Shown piece after piece: positions 19,088 to 29,305 of a stretch of 64,000 nucleotides of DNA. This DNA is from Acidilobaceae archaeon. GTDB taxonomy: Archaea; Thermoproteota; Thermoprotei_A; Sulfolobales; Acidilobaceae. The notes under the pieces were generated by a model, which was given only the letters and a program-made list of their open reading frames with translations, was not told the origin of the DNA and did no database searches. Position 1 is the stretch's first letter. Every line of letters begins with the position of its first letter. Location: the NCBI GenBank assembly GCA_038897215.1, contig JAWAWX010000001.1, positions 992,001-1,056,000 on the forward strand, read 5' to 3'. The position numbers and the translations under genes were made by a program.

Positions 19088-19717
19088 CTAGTCTTGAGGT
19101 ATCGCTGGCGCTCTAGGTAGCAACCCCTTGCCCTGAAGACCTGAGAACATTATAGATGTAGCTAGAGCTGCTAGAAGGAAGCTCAAGAATTTCTCTATCA
19201 ACACCATGCCCTGAGACCCTATGAGCTTCGTTATCTTCTCTCCTAGAGAGAACACTACATAGACTATCACTGCGTTTACTACAACAGCTAGGATGGCTAC
19301 TGGGAGCCCGTAGGTGTATTTTATGAATAGAGTCACGGATGTCGCAGCTGGCCCTGCTAGCAGTGGAGTAGCTAGAGGAACTATCGCTGCCTCTTCTCCA
19401 CCGCTCCTAGAGCCTCCTAGCTCTACTCCTAGTAGAGATGCTACCGCGTAGACTAGGAGCACTACTCCAGCAGCTATCTTGAAGTCTTCAAAGCTTATGT
19501 TGAAGAGCCCGAATAGGAGGTCTCCTAGTAGAGCGAAAGCTAGCAGGAACGATGTCATGGCTACTACCGTGGTTCTGAGAAGTGCTGGCCTACGAGTCGC
19601 ATCGTATCTACTCGCTATAGCCTGATAGTATGGGGTTACCGCTATCGGGTCTAAGACTATGAAGAGCATAACGATTGGCTTGATGTAGTAGAGTAGCTCG
19701 CTGAACTCTAGGAGCAT
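19088..19717 (-). CDS. marC: MarC family membrane protein
   Basis: LFIVLDPI, FKIAAG, VPLATPLLAGP. Confidence 0.9.
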   Translation of the reverse strand: MLLEFSELLYYIKPIVMLFIVLDPIAVTPYYQAIASRYDATRRPALLRTTVVAMTSFLLAFALLGDLLFGLFNISFEDFKIAAGVVLLVYAVASLLGVELGGSRSGGEEAAIVPLATPLLAGPAATSVTLFIKYTYGLPVAILAVVVNAVIVYVVFSLGEKITKLIGSQGMVLIEKFLSFLLAALATSIMFSGLQGKGLLPRAPAIPQD

Positions 19718-19733
19718 CGAGCGCTCCCCGCTT

Positions 19734-21089
19734 CTAAGCGACTACTCTAACCTCGTCGATGAGAAGCGGTGGAGCGTAGATAACGCCAGCTCCCTCAAGC
19801 TCTCTACCTACAGCGAGGAGCTTGGAGCCCAGCATCTCGTAGAAGTCTCCTGAGACCATGCCGCTAACCACTGCTCCCTTGACTTCACCGTTTTCAATGT
19901 AGTCAGCGTTAGTGATAGTAGCGCTGAGATAGCCTCTCGTATAGTCTGAAAGCCACTCTCCTATCACCGAGTATACCACCAGTCCTCTCTTAACGTCTCC
20001 GATTAGCGACTCGAGAGGCTCGCTTCCAGGCTCTAGGATTAGGTTTAGTGGAGCAGGCTCGGGCATAGAGGAGATCTTGGGTCTCACAGCGTTGCCTGTC
20101 GACTCTACCCCCTCTATGCTAGCTGTCCAGGTATCGTATAGAGGGGTTTTGAAGACTCCTTTCTCGACGACTATCGTTCGTCTAGACTCGACGCCCTCAT
20201 CGTCGAATCCTCTCGACCCTAGTGCCGCCTCTACTGTCGCATCATCTAGCACTGTGACCCGCTCGTCTAGCACTCTCTCTCCGAGTCTCCCCGCGAGAGG
20301 AGACCTCTTCTTCTGTATCGCGAGAGCCGAGATAGAGGGGGCTAGGAGAGCGTCTAGTATGCTAGCTGAGACCTTTGGAGCTAGGAGTACTCGCAGTACT
20401 CCAGTCTCTACCTTAGTCCTCCGTAGCCCGGCTAGACTCCTATCAGCTAGGCGTGCGGCTAGCCTCTCTACGTGTAGGTCGCTCAGCCTCCTCACAGTAC
20501 TCTCTTCCCAGAACGCTGATTCCAGTCCAGCGTCTCTAGCCACACCCATGCAGACTAGTGTGAGCCACGTGCTCTCCTCAGCTACCACTTCTCTCTGAGT
20601 GTTGGCTACGAGTCTCGCTACCACGCGAGAGCTGATAGAGCCTCTAGCGACCTCAACTCTTCCTCTGCTCGCGCTCTCTACATCTACCACGAGTTTCTCC
20701 AGAATACCTGCCATAGTCTCGGATGAAGAGCTCACGATAGCCTCGTCGTAGATGCCTCTCGGCTTGCTGGAGGAGAGACCTCGAGGTAGCGCTCTCGGAG
20801 CACTGCTATCTCCGCGCGCTTTACACATGCTGAGAGCTCTCTCGACAAGCGTCTCTACGTCTCTAACCCCCGAGACTACTCCCCCGACAACACTCACTCC
20901 TCTACCGCAGGATACTCTGGTAGCTAGGCTCACAACCACTCCCGCTTTTGAGAGCTCGATTGAGCCTCTGAGGAGACGCATGCTTCTCTCTCTAGCGTAG
21001 ACAGCGTAGACTTCTGCTTCAAGAGCTCCCATGGCTTCAGCTCTCTTGATTGCTACCTCCGAGAGCTCTACCAGGCTAGCGACCACCAA
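19734..21089 (-). CDS. pmbA: TldE/PmbA family protein
   Basis: SRGFDDEGV, LYD, STGNA; no HExxxH; downstream of tldD. Confidence 0.87.
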   Translation of the reverse strand: MVVASLVELSEVAIKRAEAMGALEAEVYAVYARERSMRLLRGSIELSKAGVVVSLATRVSCGRGVSVVGGVVSGVRDVETLVERALSMCKARGDSSAPRALPRGLSSSKPRGIYDEAIVSSSSETMAGILEKLVVDVESASRGRVEVARGSISSRVVARLVANTQREVVAEESTWLTLVCMGVARDAGLESAFWEESTVRRLSDLHVERLAARLADRSLAGLRRTKVETGVLRVLLAPKVSASILDALLAPSISALAIQKKRSPLAGRLGERVLDERVTVLDDATVEAALGSRGFDDEGVESRRTIVVEKGVFKTPLYDTWTASIEGVESTGNAVRPKISSMPEPAPLNLILEPGSEPLESLIGDVKRGLVVYSVIGEWLSDYTRGYLSATITNADYIENGEVKGAVVSGMVSGDFYEMLGSKLLAVGRELEGAGVIYAPPLLIDEVRVVA

Positions 21090-22461
21090 CCATTACACCC
21101 TCTACCCTAACGTGGGGACCGCCTAAGCCTACTCTAACCACCTGCCCCTCCTTGCCGCAACCCCCGAAAACGCTGGTTCTCACTCTGAGGTCTCTGCCTA
21201 CAGCCTTGACTCTAGAGAGGAAGTCGAGTATCCTGCCTGAGATGAGTGCTCCTCTAACGAGCTCCACCACCTCCCCTCTCTTCACGAGATAGGAGGGTCC
21301 AGCGTAGAAGGTGAAAGCACCCGTGGCTGAATCCACCTCACCCCCGCCTCCCCCCATCCCCCTCAGGTAGATCCCGTCGAGGTCTTCGAAGAGCTCTTCT
21401 AGCCTGTAGTCTCCTGGAGCTATGTAGAAGTTGGTTTGTCTCACTAGCGGGGAGGATGTGAAGCCTGACGCTCTAGCATTCCCTGTAGTCTTGAGGCCCA
21501 GGCTTCTAGCCACACTCCTGCTAGTCAGGTACTCTCTCAAGACTCCTCTATCTACGACTACAACTCTCCTCTTAACCACACCCTCTTCGTCGAAGAGCAC
21601 AGGATATCCTCCATCTACCATGCCGTCATCGATTACAGTGACCTGCTCCGATGCTATCTTCTCTCCGAGCTTGCCTGAGAGAACTGAGGCCCCTGCTGCT
21701 ACGAGGTCTCCTTCAGCTGCGTGTCCTAGAGCTTCGTGAATAACCGTGCCTACTAGGTCGTTATCGATAACAGCATCGTAGACTCCTGTTGGAGGCATCC
21801 TGGCTTGAGAAGCCTTCACAGCTATCTCCGTGACCTCTGAAGTGAAGCTCCTCCAATCAAAGCTCCTTATCTTCTCCCAGCCTCCCTCGAAGCTCTTCGA
21901 GTCTCTGACTTTCTCCGCTACTCCCGCTGTCTTTGCTACAACGCTGTGAGCTATGCCTACTAGCGTGACTTCTCTCCAGGAGACTGTGCCGTCTAGCCTC
22001 GCTACTAGAACGTAGTCTCTCTCTACTCCCAGAGTCGTAGTGACCGATGCGACCCCCTGGGTCTCCAGCGACTCTCTATTCAGGTCTCTGACTAGCTCTA
22101 TCTTCTCCTCGGGGTCTACTGCTAGAGGGTCTTCTACCACGACACTCCTATACTCTACTCTCCTAGGCTCGACCTCGGCGAGAGCCCAGCTTCTAGCTGG
22201 GAGAGCTGATTCTACGGCTAGTCTCGCAGCCTCTCTAGCCGAGTCCCAGTCTAGAGTTGAGGTGTAGGCTAAGCCTCTGCCTTTCTCCGTGTAGACCTCA
22301 ACAGTGAGCCCCGAGGAGGTAGTGTAGCTGTGTTCTCTCAAGTAGCCGCTATCGACCGAGACTAGCTCATGCTCCGTCCTATGGACTCTAACAACTGCGT
22401 CTACAGCTCCCAGAGAGCCAGCCAGCTTGGCTACTCTCTCGGCTAAATCAGCGTAGAGCAT
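21076..22461 (-). CDS. tldD: TldD metalloprotease
   Basis: HEALGHAAEGD, FDEEG, TGNARA, GGCGKEGQ. Confidence 0.92.
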   Translation of the reverse strand: MLYADLAERVAKLAGSLGAVDAVVRVHRTEHELVSVDSGYLREHSYTTSSGLTVEVYTEKGRGLAYTSTLDWDSAREAARLAVESALPARSWALAEVEPRRVEYRSVVVEDPLAVDPEEKIELVRDLNRESLETQGVASVTTTLGVERDYVLVARLDGTVSWREVTLVGIAHSVVAKTAGVAEKVRDSKSFEGGWEKIRSFDWRSFTSEVTEIAVKASQARMPPTGVYDAVIDNDLVGTVIHEALGHAAEGDLVAAGASVLSGKLGEKIASEQVTVIDDGMVDGGYPVLFDEEGVVKRRVVVVDRGVLREYLTSRSVARSLGLKTTGNARASGFTSSPLVRQTNFYIAPGDYRLEELFEDLDGIYLRGMGGGGGEVDSATGAFTFYAGPSYLVKRGEVVELVRGALISGRILDFLSRVKAVGRDLRVRTSVFGGCGKEGQVVRVGLGGPHVRVEGVMVGGR

Positions 22462-22545
22462 CTCACGAGCACCCCTGAGTTATCGCCAATCTTAAGCTTA
22501 TATACGTGAGCCTGCTGTAACACGCGCGAGGAGGGAGCGCACGTA

Positions 22546-22863
22546 TTGGTTAGCGATAAGGCTATCGGTATCACCTTAGTAGCAGTGTCTCTCGTAGTCA
22601 TACTGCTCTACGCTTGGCTACTATTCCTGCCCCCCGACGTGAGAGTGCTTGGTAGAGAGCTCTCCGGAGAAGAGGTCTCAATGCTTGTAATCAAGGCTAC
22701 AGTGATGGCTGGAGTTCTGGTAGTCTTCGGTCTCGTAGCCTGGATAGGCTACACTCTAGCCACGACACCTCCCCCCAAGCCTATAGAGGAGATCGAGAGA
22801 GAGATAGAGGATGAGCTGAGGAAGCTCGGGTCGTCGAGAGGCAGCGAGAGAGAGCTGAAATGA
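22546..22863 (+). CDS. small two-TM membrane protein, probably conserved in archaea
   Basis: Two hydrophobic helices then WIGYTLATTPPPKPIEEIE. Confidence 0.75.
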   Translation: MVSDKAIGITLVAVSLVVILLYAWLLFLPPDVRVLGRELSGEEVSMLVIKATVMAGVLVVFGLVAWIGYTLATTPPPKPIEEIEREIEDELRKLGSSRGSERELK

Positions 22864-23990
22864 GAGCTGTGGGCGTAGACCCGGGGACGGGTAGCTTCGA
22901 CGTAGTAGCTGTCGAGGACGGTAGAGTAGTCAGCTCTCGCTCGATACCAACGGATAGAGTGGCGAGAGAGCCGGAGCTCTTGGTGGAGCTCGTTCTATCT
23001 CTCGACGCTGACGTGATCGTAGCCCCCTCAGGCTACGGGGTTCCAGTCACTAGAGGAGACGAGGTCCTAGACGCTAGGAGATTCGCTCTAGAGGTTCTAC
23101 TCTTGTCTAGCGAGAGCGACGTTAACCGGGGGGTTAGCGGGGGAGAGTTCGGAGTCCTAGTCTACGACGCTCTAGCCAAGACAGTCGAAGCTCTCCTAGA
23201 GAGAGCTCGCTCCAAGACTATATTCATACCCTCAGTCATCCTCCTCCCCACAGTGCCCTGGTGGAGGAAGATAAACAAGATAGACATGGGGACAGCGGAC
23301 AAGCTAGCCTCAGCCTACCTAGCCGTGTACGAGCTCCAGGAGAGAGAGGGGGGCTTCGAGAAAGTGAACGCTGTAGTAGCAGAGCTAGGCTTCGGCTACA
23401 ACGCCGCGGTAGCCGTGAGGAGAGGGCTGATCGTCGACGGAGTGGGAGGGACCATGGCCTCAACCGGGGTGATTACAGCGGGTTGCCTAGACTTGGAGGT
23501 AGTAGCTGGAGCCGGTTGCTGGAGCAGATGGGATATCCTGAAGGGGGGGCTAGCCGAGCTCGGAGCAATCTCTCTCGAGAAAGCTGGGAGCGAAGTCTTG
23601 GAGGCTTATGCTGAAAACGTGGCGAAAGACGTGGCTAAAGCCTTAGTCTCGACTCCCGAGGCTGAGATAGTCGTTGTGACGGGCAGGCACGCTAGAGTCG
23701 AGGAGGTCCGCAAGCTTCTACAAGAGAAGCTCCGAGACGTCCAGGTAGTCGAGCTGAGAGGGCTACCCGGAGCCGGGAGCGTCAAGGAGGCCGCTCAAGG
23801 CTACGCTCTCCTAGGCTTAGACCTAGCCGGAGGGCTGGAGGAGAGGCTGGCGAGCAGGATGAGGATAGATGAGGCTTGCGGGACCGTGGCTGACCACCTC
23901 ATCCACCCTAGAGCCGCTGAGCTCAAGAGGAGGATTAGAGAGAGCTACTCCTCTACTGTGGCTAAGCCCCGTTTCTGCCATTCAATCTGA
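22860..23990 (+). CDS. DUF1464 family (ASKHA/butyrate-kinase-like) protein
   Basis: GVDPGTGSFD, APSGYG, NKIDMGTADK, VDGVGGT, KEAAQG. Confidence 0.85.
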   Translation: MRAVGVDPGTGSFDVVAVEDGRVVSSRSIPTDRVAREPELLVELVLSLDADVIVAPSGYGVPVTRGDEVLDARRFALEVLLLSSESDVNRGVSGGEFGVLVYDALAKTVEALLERARSKTIFIPSVILLPTVPWWRKINKIDMGTADKLASAYLAVYELQEREGGFEKVNAVVAELGFGYNAAVAVRRGLIVDGVGGTMASTGVITAGCLDLEVVAGAGCWSRWDILKGGLAELGAISLEKAGSEVLEAYAENVAKDVAKALVSTPEAEIVVVTGRHARVEEVRKLLQEKLRDVQVVELRGLPGAGSVKEAAQGYALLGLDLAGGLEERLASRMRIDEACGTVADHLIHPRAAELKRRIRESYSSTVAKPRFCHSI

Positions 23991-24164
23991 GTAAACGCGT
24001 GCAAAGAAGAGGGGCTTTTGCCATCTCTTGAATTCAAGGAAGAGAACTTCAGCCCTGGTCGTGGCGCTTTCGTCTATCTCTGAACCCCCGTAGCCTCTTG
24101 GGCCCTTCATTCTATGCCATCCGTGTGGTAGCAGACATTAACGGAGATATGCTCGCTTTCCCCG

Positions 24165-24692
24165 CTATCTCTCGACGTCTTCTAGTAGCTTTAGCTGCTT
24201 TGATGAAATTCTATGCTCGAGAGCTATGACTACCTCTCTCCAGGCTCTGATCGTCTTCTCCAGGCTTCTCTCTGAAGCCCCAGCTTTTCTCGAAGCCTCC
24301 TTTACGGCTCTCGACTTAGAGTAGCCGCTGAGCCTTAGATACAGGTATAGCGCTAGCGCTACTCTCACTCTCAGCTTTCTCGGCTTTAGCAGAGGGTGCT
24401 TGGTGATCTCTACGAGGATCTCGTAGACTTCTCTGCTACTCCTAAGCACTCCTAGAGCCTTCTTGTTCACCACAGAGGCTAGAGGATCGGCTCTGGCTTC
24501 TTCCAGGAGCCTGGGGAGCCCACGAAGAGCTCTCTGCTCTCTCCTAGCTTGCCTAGTCTCGTTCTCAGCGTACTGAGGCCTGTCGTCTAGCAGGTGCTCT
24601 GCGACTACTGCTCCGCACGAGGAGCAGACCACGTTACCGTAGAACTCATCCCACACCAGGCTAGTGCTCGAGCAGTACGGGCATCTAGCCAT
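24165..24692 (-). CDS. truncated TFIIB/TFB-like protein (Zn ribbon plus one cyclin-like repeat)
   Basis: CPYC-x15-CSSCGAVV Zn ribbon; VALALYLYLR helix similar to TFB repeat; only 175 aa. Confidence 0.75.
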   Translation of the reverse strand: MARCPYCSSTSLVWDEFYGNVVCSSCGAVVAEHLLDDRPQYAENETRQARREQRALRGLPRLLEEARADPLASVVNKKALGVLRSSREVYEILVEITKHPLLKPRKLRVRVALALYLYLRLSGYSKSRAVKEASRKAGASERSLEKTIRAWREVVIALEHRISSKQLKLLEDVER

Positions 24693-24793
24693 GAGAGTTC
24701 TCCGCGTTACTCGAGGCGAGCTGGAGATAGATGAGTGGAGCTGGGAGGAGAGCCCAGTCTCTCTCGGGCGTCGCTGGAAGTAATCCTAGCGCT

Positions 24794-25414
24794 CTACCTC
24801 TTCTCCTCCTCGAGGTAGAAGCCTAGAGCTTCCTCCACTACTCTCCTATCGTAGCTGACTGAGAATCTCTCAGCGATCTCCTCTATCTTCTCGAGTAGTC
24901 TCGAGGGCTCGCGAGAGCTCTCTCCAAGCTCTCTCAAGGCTAGAGCGTAGAGGGTCTCGACGAGAGACCAAGGATAGAAGATCCAGACCCATCTCTCCAG
25001 CCTCTCAACATAGTAGTCTGGAGTGTAGAACGAGGAGCTCTTGAGATGAATCACTGCTGTTCTAACCTCTTGAGCCCCCATGGCTTTAACGGCTTCGGCC
25101 ACCTCTGCTAGAGTCTTCCCGGTATCGGCTACCTCGTCTACGATGAGAACTTTCTTGCCTCTAACAGCCTCGGGTGGCGGCTGCTCTATCCGCGGCTTCT
25201 CGTAGAGCTCTCTAGCTACACCCCAGTGCTTCACTCTAACAGCGTAGAACTCCGGGACGTTCAAGACATCGCTGATCACGAGAGCTGGGAGCACACCTCC
25301 TCTGAGAACAGCGACTAGAGCATCTGGCTTGAACCCGGACTCAGCTACGCGCAACGCTAGCCTGTAGCAGTAGTCCACGACGTCGCTCCAAGATAGGTAG
25401 ACGACCTCAGCCAC
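24794..25414 (-). CDS. purine phosphoribosyltransferase (HGXPRT-like)
   Basis: LRGG, VLIVDEVADTGKTL, WIFYPW. Confidence 0.9.
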   Translation of the reverse strand: MAEVVYLSWSDVVDYCYRLALRVAESGFKPDALVAVLRGGVLPALVISDVLNVPEFYAVRVKHWGVARELYEKPRIEQPPPEAVRGKKVLIVDEVADTGKTLAEVAEAVKAMGAQEVRTAVIHLKSSSFYTPDYYVERLERWVWIFYPWSLVETLYALALRELGESSREPSRLLEKIEEIAERFSVSYDRRVVEEALGFYLEEEKR

Positions 25415-25450
25415 GCTTCCACTCTCTCAGAGAGAGAGTCTAGGTTAAGC

Positions 25451-25903
25451 CTATATGTCTACGACGAATCTCAGAGTCCAGCAACCTCTCTCCTCGACTA
25501 CGCTCATCTGAGCATAGGTCATAGCCTTGACTAGAGTCTTGCTGGGGTGACGCTCGGGGTCGAAGACTTCTCCCCAAGCGCGAGCTCTTAGCCTCATGGA
25601 GTCACCCGATGCCTCGACTCGCTCGACTTCGAACCTGGAGAACAAGAGCCTGCTCTCATCCGTCTTAACAAGGAGGCTCTCGATCCACTTGTAGACCAGG
25701 TTTAGGAGGTCGAAGCCCTCGGCTTCGACTTCCACCTCTACTCTATGCTCTACTCTACTGGTATCCGTCATAACCTCGTAGACTCCTAGAGCAGCCTGCT
25801 CTAGAGCCTCCGATAGGCTCCTACCTTTAGCCTCTATCAGGACGTCTGCCGTGTGCTCTAGGTGTCTAAAGCCGGGCTCGCACTTCTCCAAAGCCTTCTC
25901 CAC
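25451..25903 (-). CDS. archease
   Basis: LEHTADV, VKAMTY, terminal VDI. Confidence 0.95.
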   Translation of the reverse strand: MEKALEKCEPGFRHLEHTADVLIEAKGRSLSEALEQAALGVYEVMTDTSRVEHRVEVEVEAEGFDLLNLVYKWIESLLVKTDESRLLFSRFEVERVEASGDSMRLRARAWGEVFDPERHPSKTLVKAMTYAQMSVVEERGCWTLRFVVDI

Positions 25904-25933
25904 CCCCCAGGAGCCTCTACTTCTCTATGAGAG

Positions 25934-26449
25934 CTAGGCTTTATCGAGAACTCTCCTCACTCTAGCCGAGCACTTAGAGCAGAATCTTGCAGGCTTCTCG
26001 TCTACCTCGAGTAGATTGTTGCTGAACCTCATGACGCACTCGTTATAGCAGTGCTCTAATCCTAGAAGGTGGCCGAGCTCGTGGAGAACCTCTTTCACAA
26101 GCCTTTCCAGAAACCTCTCAGGCTCTATCTCAGCCAGTCTTGCCGTGTACACACTCGCTACTCTCTTCTCCACGCTCGCTAAGCCAAAGACGAAGTTTAA
26201 ACCCTCGTAGTAAGCGTCTCCAGCACAGACTGCTACCACGAGCCTAGACGGGTTCTCTAGGTAGAGTGAGAGAGCTCTAGCCACCTCCTCGTTCACCTCC
26301 CAAGACTTGAGCTGACCTCTGCTCCAGTCGAAGACCCTCCTGTAGTCTAGCTTGAGGGGTGTGAGTGAGACTCTGACTCTAACTCCTGGCTCGAGAGCTC
26401 TCTCCAGAGCTCTCTTCACGTGGTCGAGTATCTGGGGGTGGACTCCCAC
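25934..26449 (-). CDS. amzA: archaemetzincin Zn metalloprotease
   Basis: NFVFGLA, HELGHLLGLEHC, CVM, FCSKC. Confidence 0.93.
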   Translation of the reverse strand: MGVHPQILDHVKRALERALEPGVRVRVSLTPLKLDYRRVFDWSRGQLKSWEVNEEVARALSLYLENPSRLVVAVCAGDAYYEGLNFVFGLASVEKRVASVYTARLAEIEPERFLERLVKEVLHELGHLLGLEHCYNECVMRFSNNLLEVDEKPARFCSKCSARVRRVLDKA

Positions 26450-26477
26450 TGGCTGGAGTAAGACCTCTAGAGGCGTC

Positions 26478-27341
26478 CTAAGACACCTCCTTCAAAGAGC
26501 TGACTATGAGTCTACCTAGCTCTCTAGCTTGAGAGCTAGGAGAGTCTAGGAGAGCGTAGGCTGCGAGCATGAATGCCCCTCTCTCAGCGTAGACCTTGAA
26601 CTCATCGAGGTAAAGCCCTCTGAGTAGCGTGCCCCAGAGAGACCCGGCTGTGCTGGGAGCACCTATTCTAGCGTCGTCGAGAGTAAAGCTTCTCTCTATG
26701 AATACATCCGAGTCTAGAGGCCCCTCTGGGTACTCGGCTACAGTCTTCTCCAGGCTCTCTCTCCTGTTGATGCTGAGTAAAGCTATGGGGTGCACTCCTC
26801 TCCTCTTAGCGTTGAGTAGAGCTACGCGAGGAGCTCCTCTATGCAAGTCCGCTACTCTACTCCTACCAGGGAACTTGGTGAGCTCCTCTAAAACCCACAA
26901 CGCTACACTACACCTAGCCGCTACTACCGTAGTAGCTACCAGCCCGTTAGGCAACACTGGGGATGAGACATCGTAGTCCTCGAGACTAGCTACTAGGTGG
27001 TCGAGGAGAGCGTGCTCTAGATACGGCATGTCGTTAGGCAACACTAGAGCTTTATCGCAGACACTGCTCCGCAGAGCTCCAAGCACTCCAGCTAGCGGAC
27101 CGGATAGCCTAGAGTCGTCGAGAACACTCCTGACCCCTAGCTCTCTCTCGTATAGTAGAGCTCTCTCCCTATCTCTAACAGCTACCACAACCTCATCCGC
27201 TACTCTCGCAGCCTTATCTATAACATGTGCTATCATAGGCTTCCCTCTGATAGGGTAGAGAGCCTTATCGACCCACCCCTCTCCCTCTATCTGGAACCTC
27301 CTAGAGGCTCCGCCCGAGAGGACTACGGCTATGACCTTCAA
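26478..27341 (-). CDS. mobA: molybdenum cofactor guanylyltransferase MobA-like
   Basis: LSGGASRRF, DKAL, GPLAG, NDMP; in an operon with moeA genes. Confidence 0.85.
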   Translation of the reverse strand: MKVIAVVLSGGASRRFQIEGEGWVDKALYPIRGKPMIAHVIDKAARVADEVVVAVRDRERALLYERELGVRSVLDDSRLSGPLAGVLGALRSSVCDKALVLPNDMPYLEHALLDHLVASLEDYDVSSPVLPNGLVATTVVAARCSVALWVLEELTKFPGRSRVADLHRGAPRVALLNAKRRGVHPIALLSINRRESLEKTVAEYPEGPLDSDVFIERSFTLDDARIGAPSTAGSLWGTLLRGLYLDEFKVYAERGAFMLAAYALLDSPSSQARELGRLIVSSLKEVS

Positions 27342-29305
27342 CTCTCCCAGACCACTGAAGCGTAGTCCTCGGGGATTCTGTAGCCCGGTAGCTTCTCGAC
27401 CTCTCTCCGCGACTCCTCAAGAGCCTCTAGGAACCTCCTGACAGCAGGGCTCTCCAGCCTGCTCTTGGGTATCAGGAAGTCGTAGAGCTCCCAGCCTAGG
27501 CTCACGAAGTCTAAGCCGTAGAGCTCCGCAGCGATCCTGGTAGCCACTCCAGCGCTAGCTCTCCCTTGAGCTACGATAGCAGCTACAGCTGTGTGAGTTG
27601 AGACCTCGTAAGTGTAGCCCTCGACGCTCCTCGCTAGCGTAGCGAAGTCTACTCCCATCTTTTCAGCGAGCTTTCTCAACATGTAGTCTATCAGAGTCCT
27701 CGTGCCAGAGCCCTTGTTCCTATTAACTATCCTCAGCTTCTTAGACACCACGTCCTCGAAGCTACTGACCCCGTGGGGGTTCCCCTTAGGCACAACAATC
27801 CCCTGCTCTCTCAAAAAGCCTCTGACTAAGACAGCGTTCTTGACCCCGAGCTTCTCCAATACTGGGATGTTATACTCGCCCGTCTCCGGGTCGAAGAGAT
27901 GGAGCCCCGAGATGTCCGAGTCTCCTCTAGAGACTGCCTCCACTCCTCCCAGAGACCCCACGTAGAGAGTCTTGACTCTACGCCCTAGCTTGGGTACTAT
28001 GATGGAGTCTAGAGCTATATCGTGGCTCCCTATTACGTAGAGCTCTGCCGGCTTGTAGACGGGAGAGTAGAGAGTAGCCTCCACCTCCTCTCCTACATCG
28101 AGATACTCTACGTCCTCCCCCACTGATATGTAGCCCTCAGCTACGCTTAGAGCTCTCACAGCGCCAGAGTCCGCTGGGATGGGGTACGCTACTATCTCGT
28201 CTCCACGCTTGACTAAACTCACGGGGACTAGGGCTCTCCTCCCCTTTGCTCCCTCGACTCTCCTAGCTAGCCTTGCTCTGACAACGGGGGGCTCCTCGTC
28301 TATGCAGAGCCCTCTCCTGATAGCTGGCTTGACTATCAGATTGAATATAGTCAATGCTGCCCCAGGGTGGCCTGGAAGACCGAAGATCATCTTCCCCGAG
28401 TTCGTTACAGCTATCAGAGTAGGCTTCCCCGGCTTGACTAGAAGCCCGTGAGCTATAATCTTAGCTGAGTCTATGCTCTCAACTACTCTGTAGACGTAGT
28501 CAGTGGGTCCTGCTGAAGTGCCTCCAGACACGATCACTATATCGTTCTCTCTCAATGCTCTATCGATGGCTGACGAGATAGCCTCAAAGCTGTCTTCAAC
28601 AATACCCACGACATTAGGCTCTGCTCCGACCTCGAGAAGCCCTGCTGTGACCGAGTACGTGTTCACATCGTAGACCTTCCCCGGAGAGAGAGCCGAGCCG
28701 GGCTCGATGAGTTCCACTCCCGTCGATATAACAGCTACTCTAGGCTTCTTGAAGACTCTGACTCCTCTACGCCCTACTGCTGCTAGAACTGCTATCTCTC
28801 TCTCCCCTAGCCTAGTACACTTCCTCAAAACCAGGTCTCCTAGAGAGACGTCTGAGCCTATCTTAGCCGTGTTCTCTCCCGGAGCTACGCTCTTGTACAC
28901 TAAGACTTCTTCGCCTACTCTCTTAGTGTACTCTATCATGACTACCGAGTCAGCTCCCGGGGGGAGAGGAGCGCCCGTATCTATCTCCACAGCCTCGCCG
29001 TGCTTGACCTCTACTCGAGGCCACTCTCCCACCTTAATAGACCCGACGACTCTCAGCTTTCTAGGCGCTACCTCTGAGGCATGGCTGAGGTCTAGAGACC
29101 TGACCGCGTAGCCGTCTACCGTAGACCTGGTGAATGGAGGATAGTCTACCTTGGAGTAGACGTCCTCAGCTAGGATTCTCCCGTAGGCTCTGTGTAGCTC
29201 TACCTCCTCTACTCCCCACGCTCCCGGCTTGACGTACTCCATGAGTCTAGCTAGAGCCTCCTCGGGCTTGAGGAGAACGTGGAATATCCTCCTCTCCGAG
29301 CTCAC
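27338..29305 (-). CDS. moeA: molybdopterin molybdenumtransferase MoeA fused to a C-terminal PBP/LysR-like substrate-binding domain
   Basis: PPFTRSTVDGYAV, SGGTSAG, KPGKP, GLPGHP; C-terminal GSHD, GSLGG, NRNKGSGTR. Confidence 0.92.
   Translation of the reverse strand: MSSERRIFHVLLKPEEALARLMEYVKPGAWGVEEVELHRAYGRILAEDVYSKVDYPPFTRSTVDGYAVRSLDLSHASEVAPRKLRVVGSIKVGEWPRVEVKHGEAVEIDTGAPLPPGADSVVMIEYTKRVGEEVLVYKSVAPGENTAKIGSDVSLGDLVLRKCTRLGEREIAVLAAVGRRGVRVFKKPRVAVISTGVELIEPGSALSPGKVYDVNTYSVTAGLLEVGAEPNVVGIVEDSFEAISSAIDRALRENDIVIVSGGTSAGPTDYVYRVVESIDSAKIIAHGLLVKPGKPTLIAVTNSGKMIFGLPGHPGAALTIFNLIVKPAIRRGLCIDEEPPVVRARLARRVEGAKGRRALVPVSLVKRGDEIVAYPIPADSGAVRALSVAEGYISVGEDVEYLDVGEEVEATLYSPVYKPAELYVIGSHDIALDSIIVPKLGRRVKTLYVGSLGGVEAVSRGDSDISGLHLFDPETGEYNIPVLEKLGVKNAVLVRGFLREQGIVVPKGNPHGVSSFEDVVSKKLRIVNRNKGSGTRTLIDYMLRKLAEKMGVDFATLARSVEGYTYEVSTHTAVAAIVAQGRASAGVATRIAAELYGLDFVSLGWELYDFLIPKSRLESPAVRRFLEALEESRREVEKLPGYRIPEDYASVVWES

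Noticed and set aside
23986-24164. Possible 42-aa minus-strand ORF (MKGPRGYGG...) or sRNA in the gap after DUF1464
   Set aside because: No recognisable motif, ribosome-binding site or box structure.
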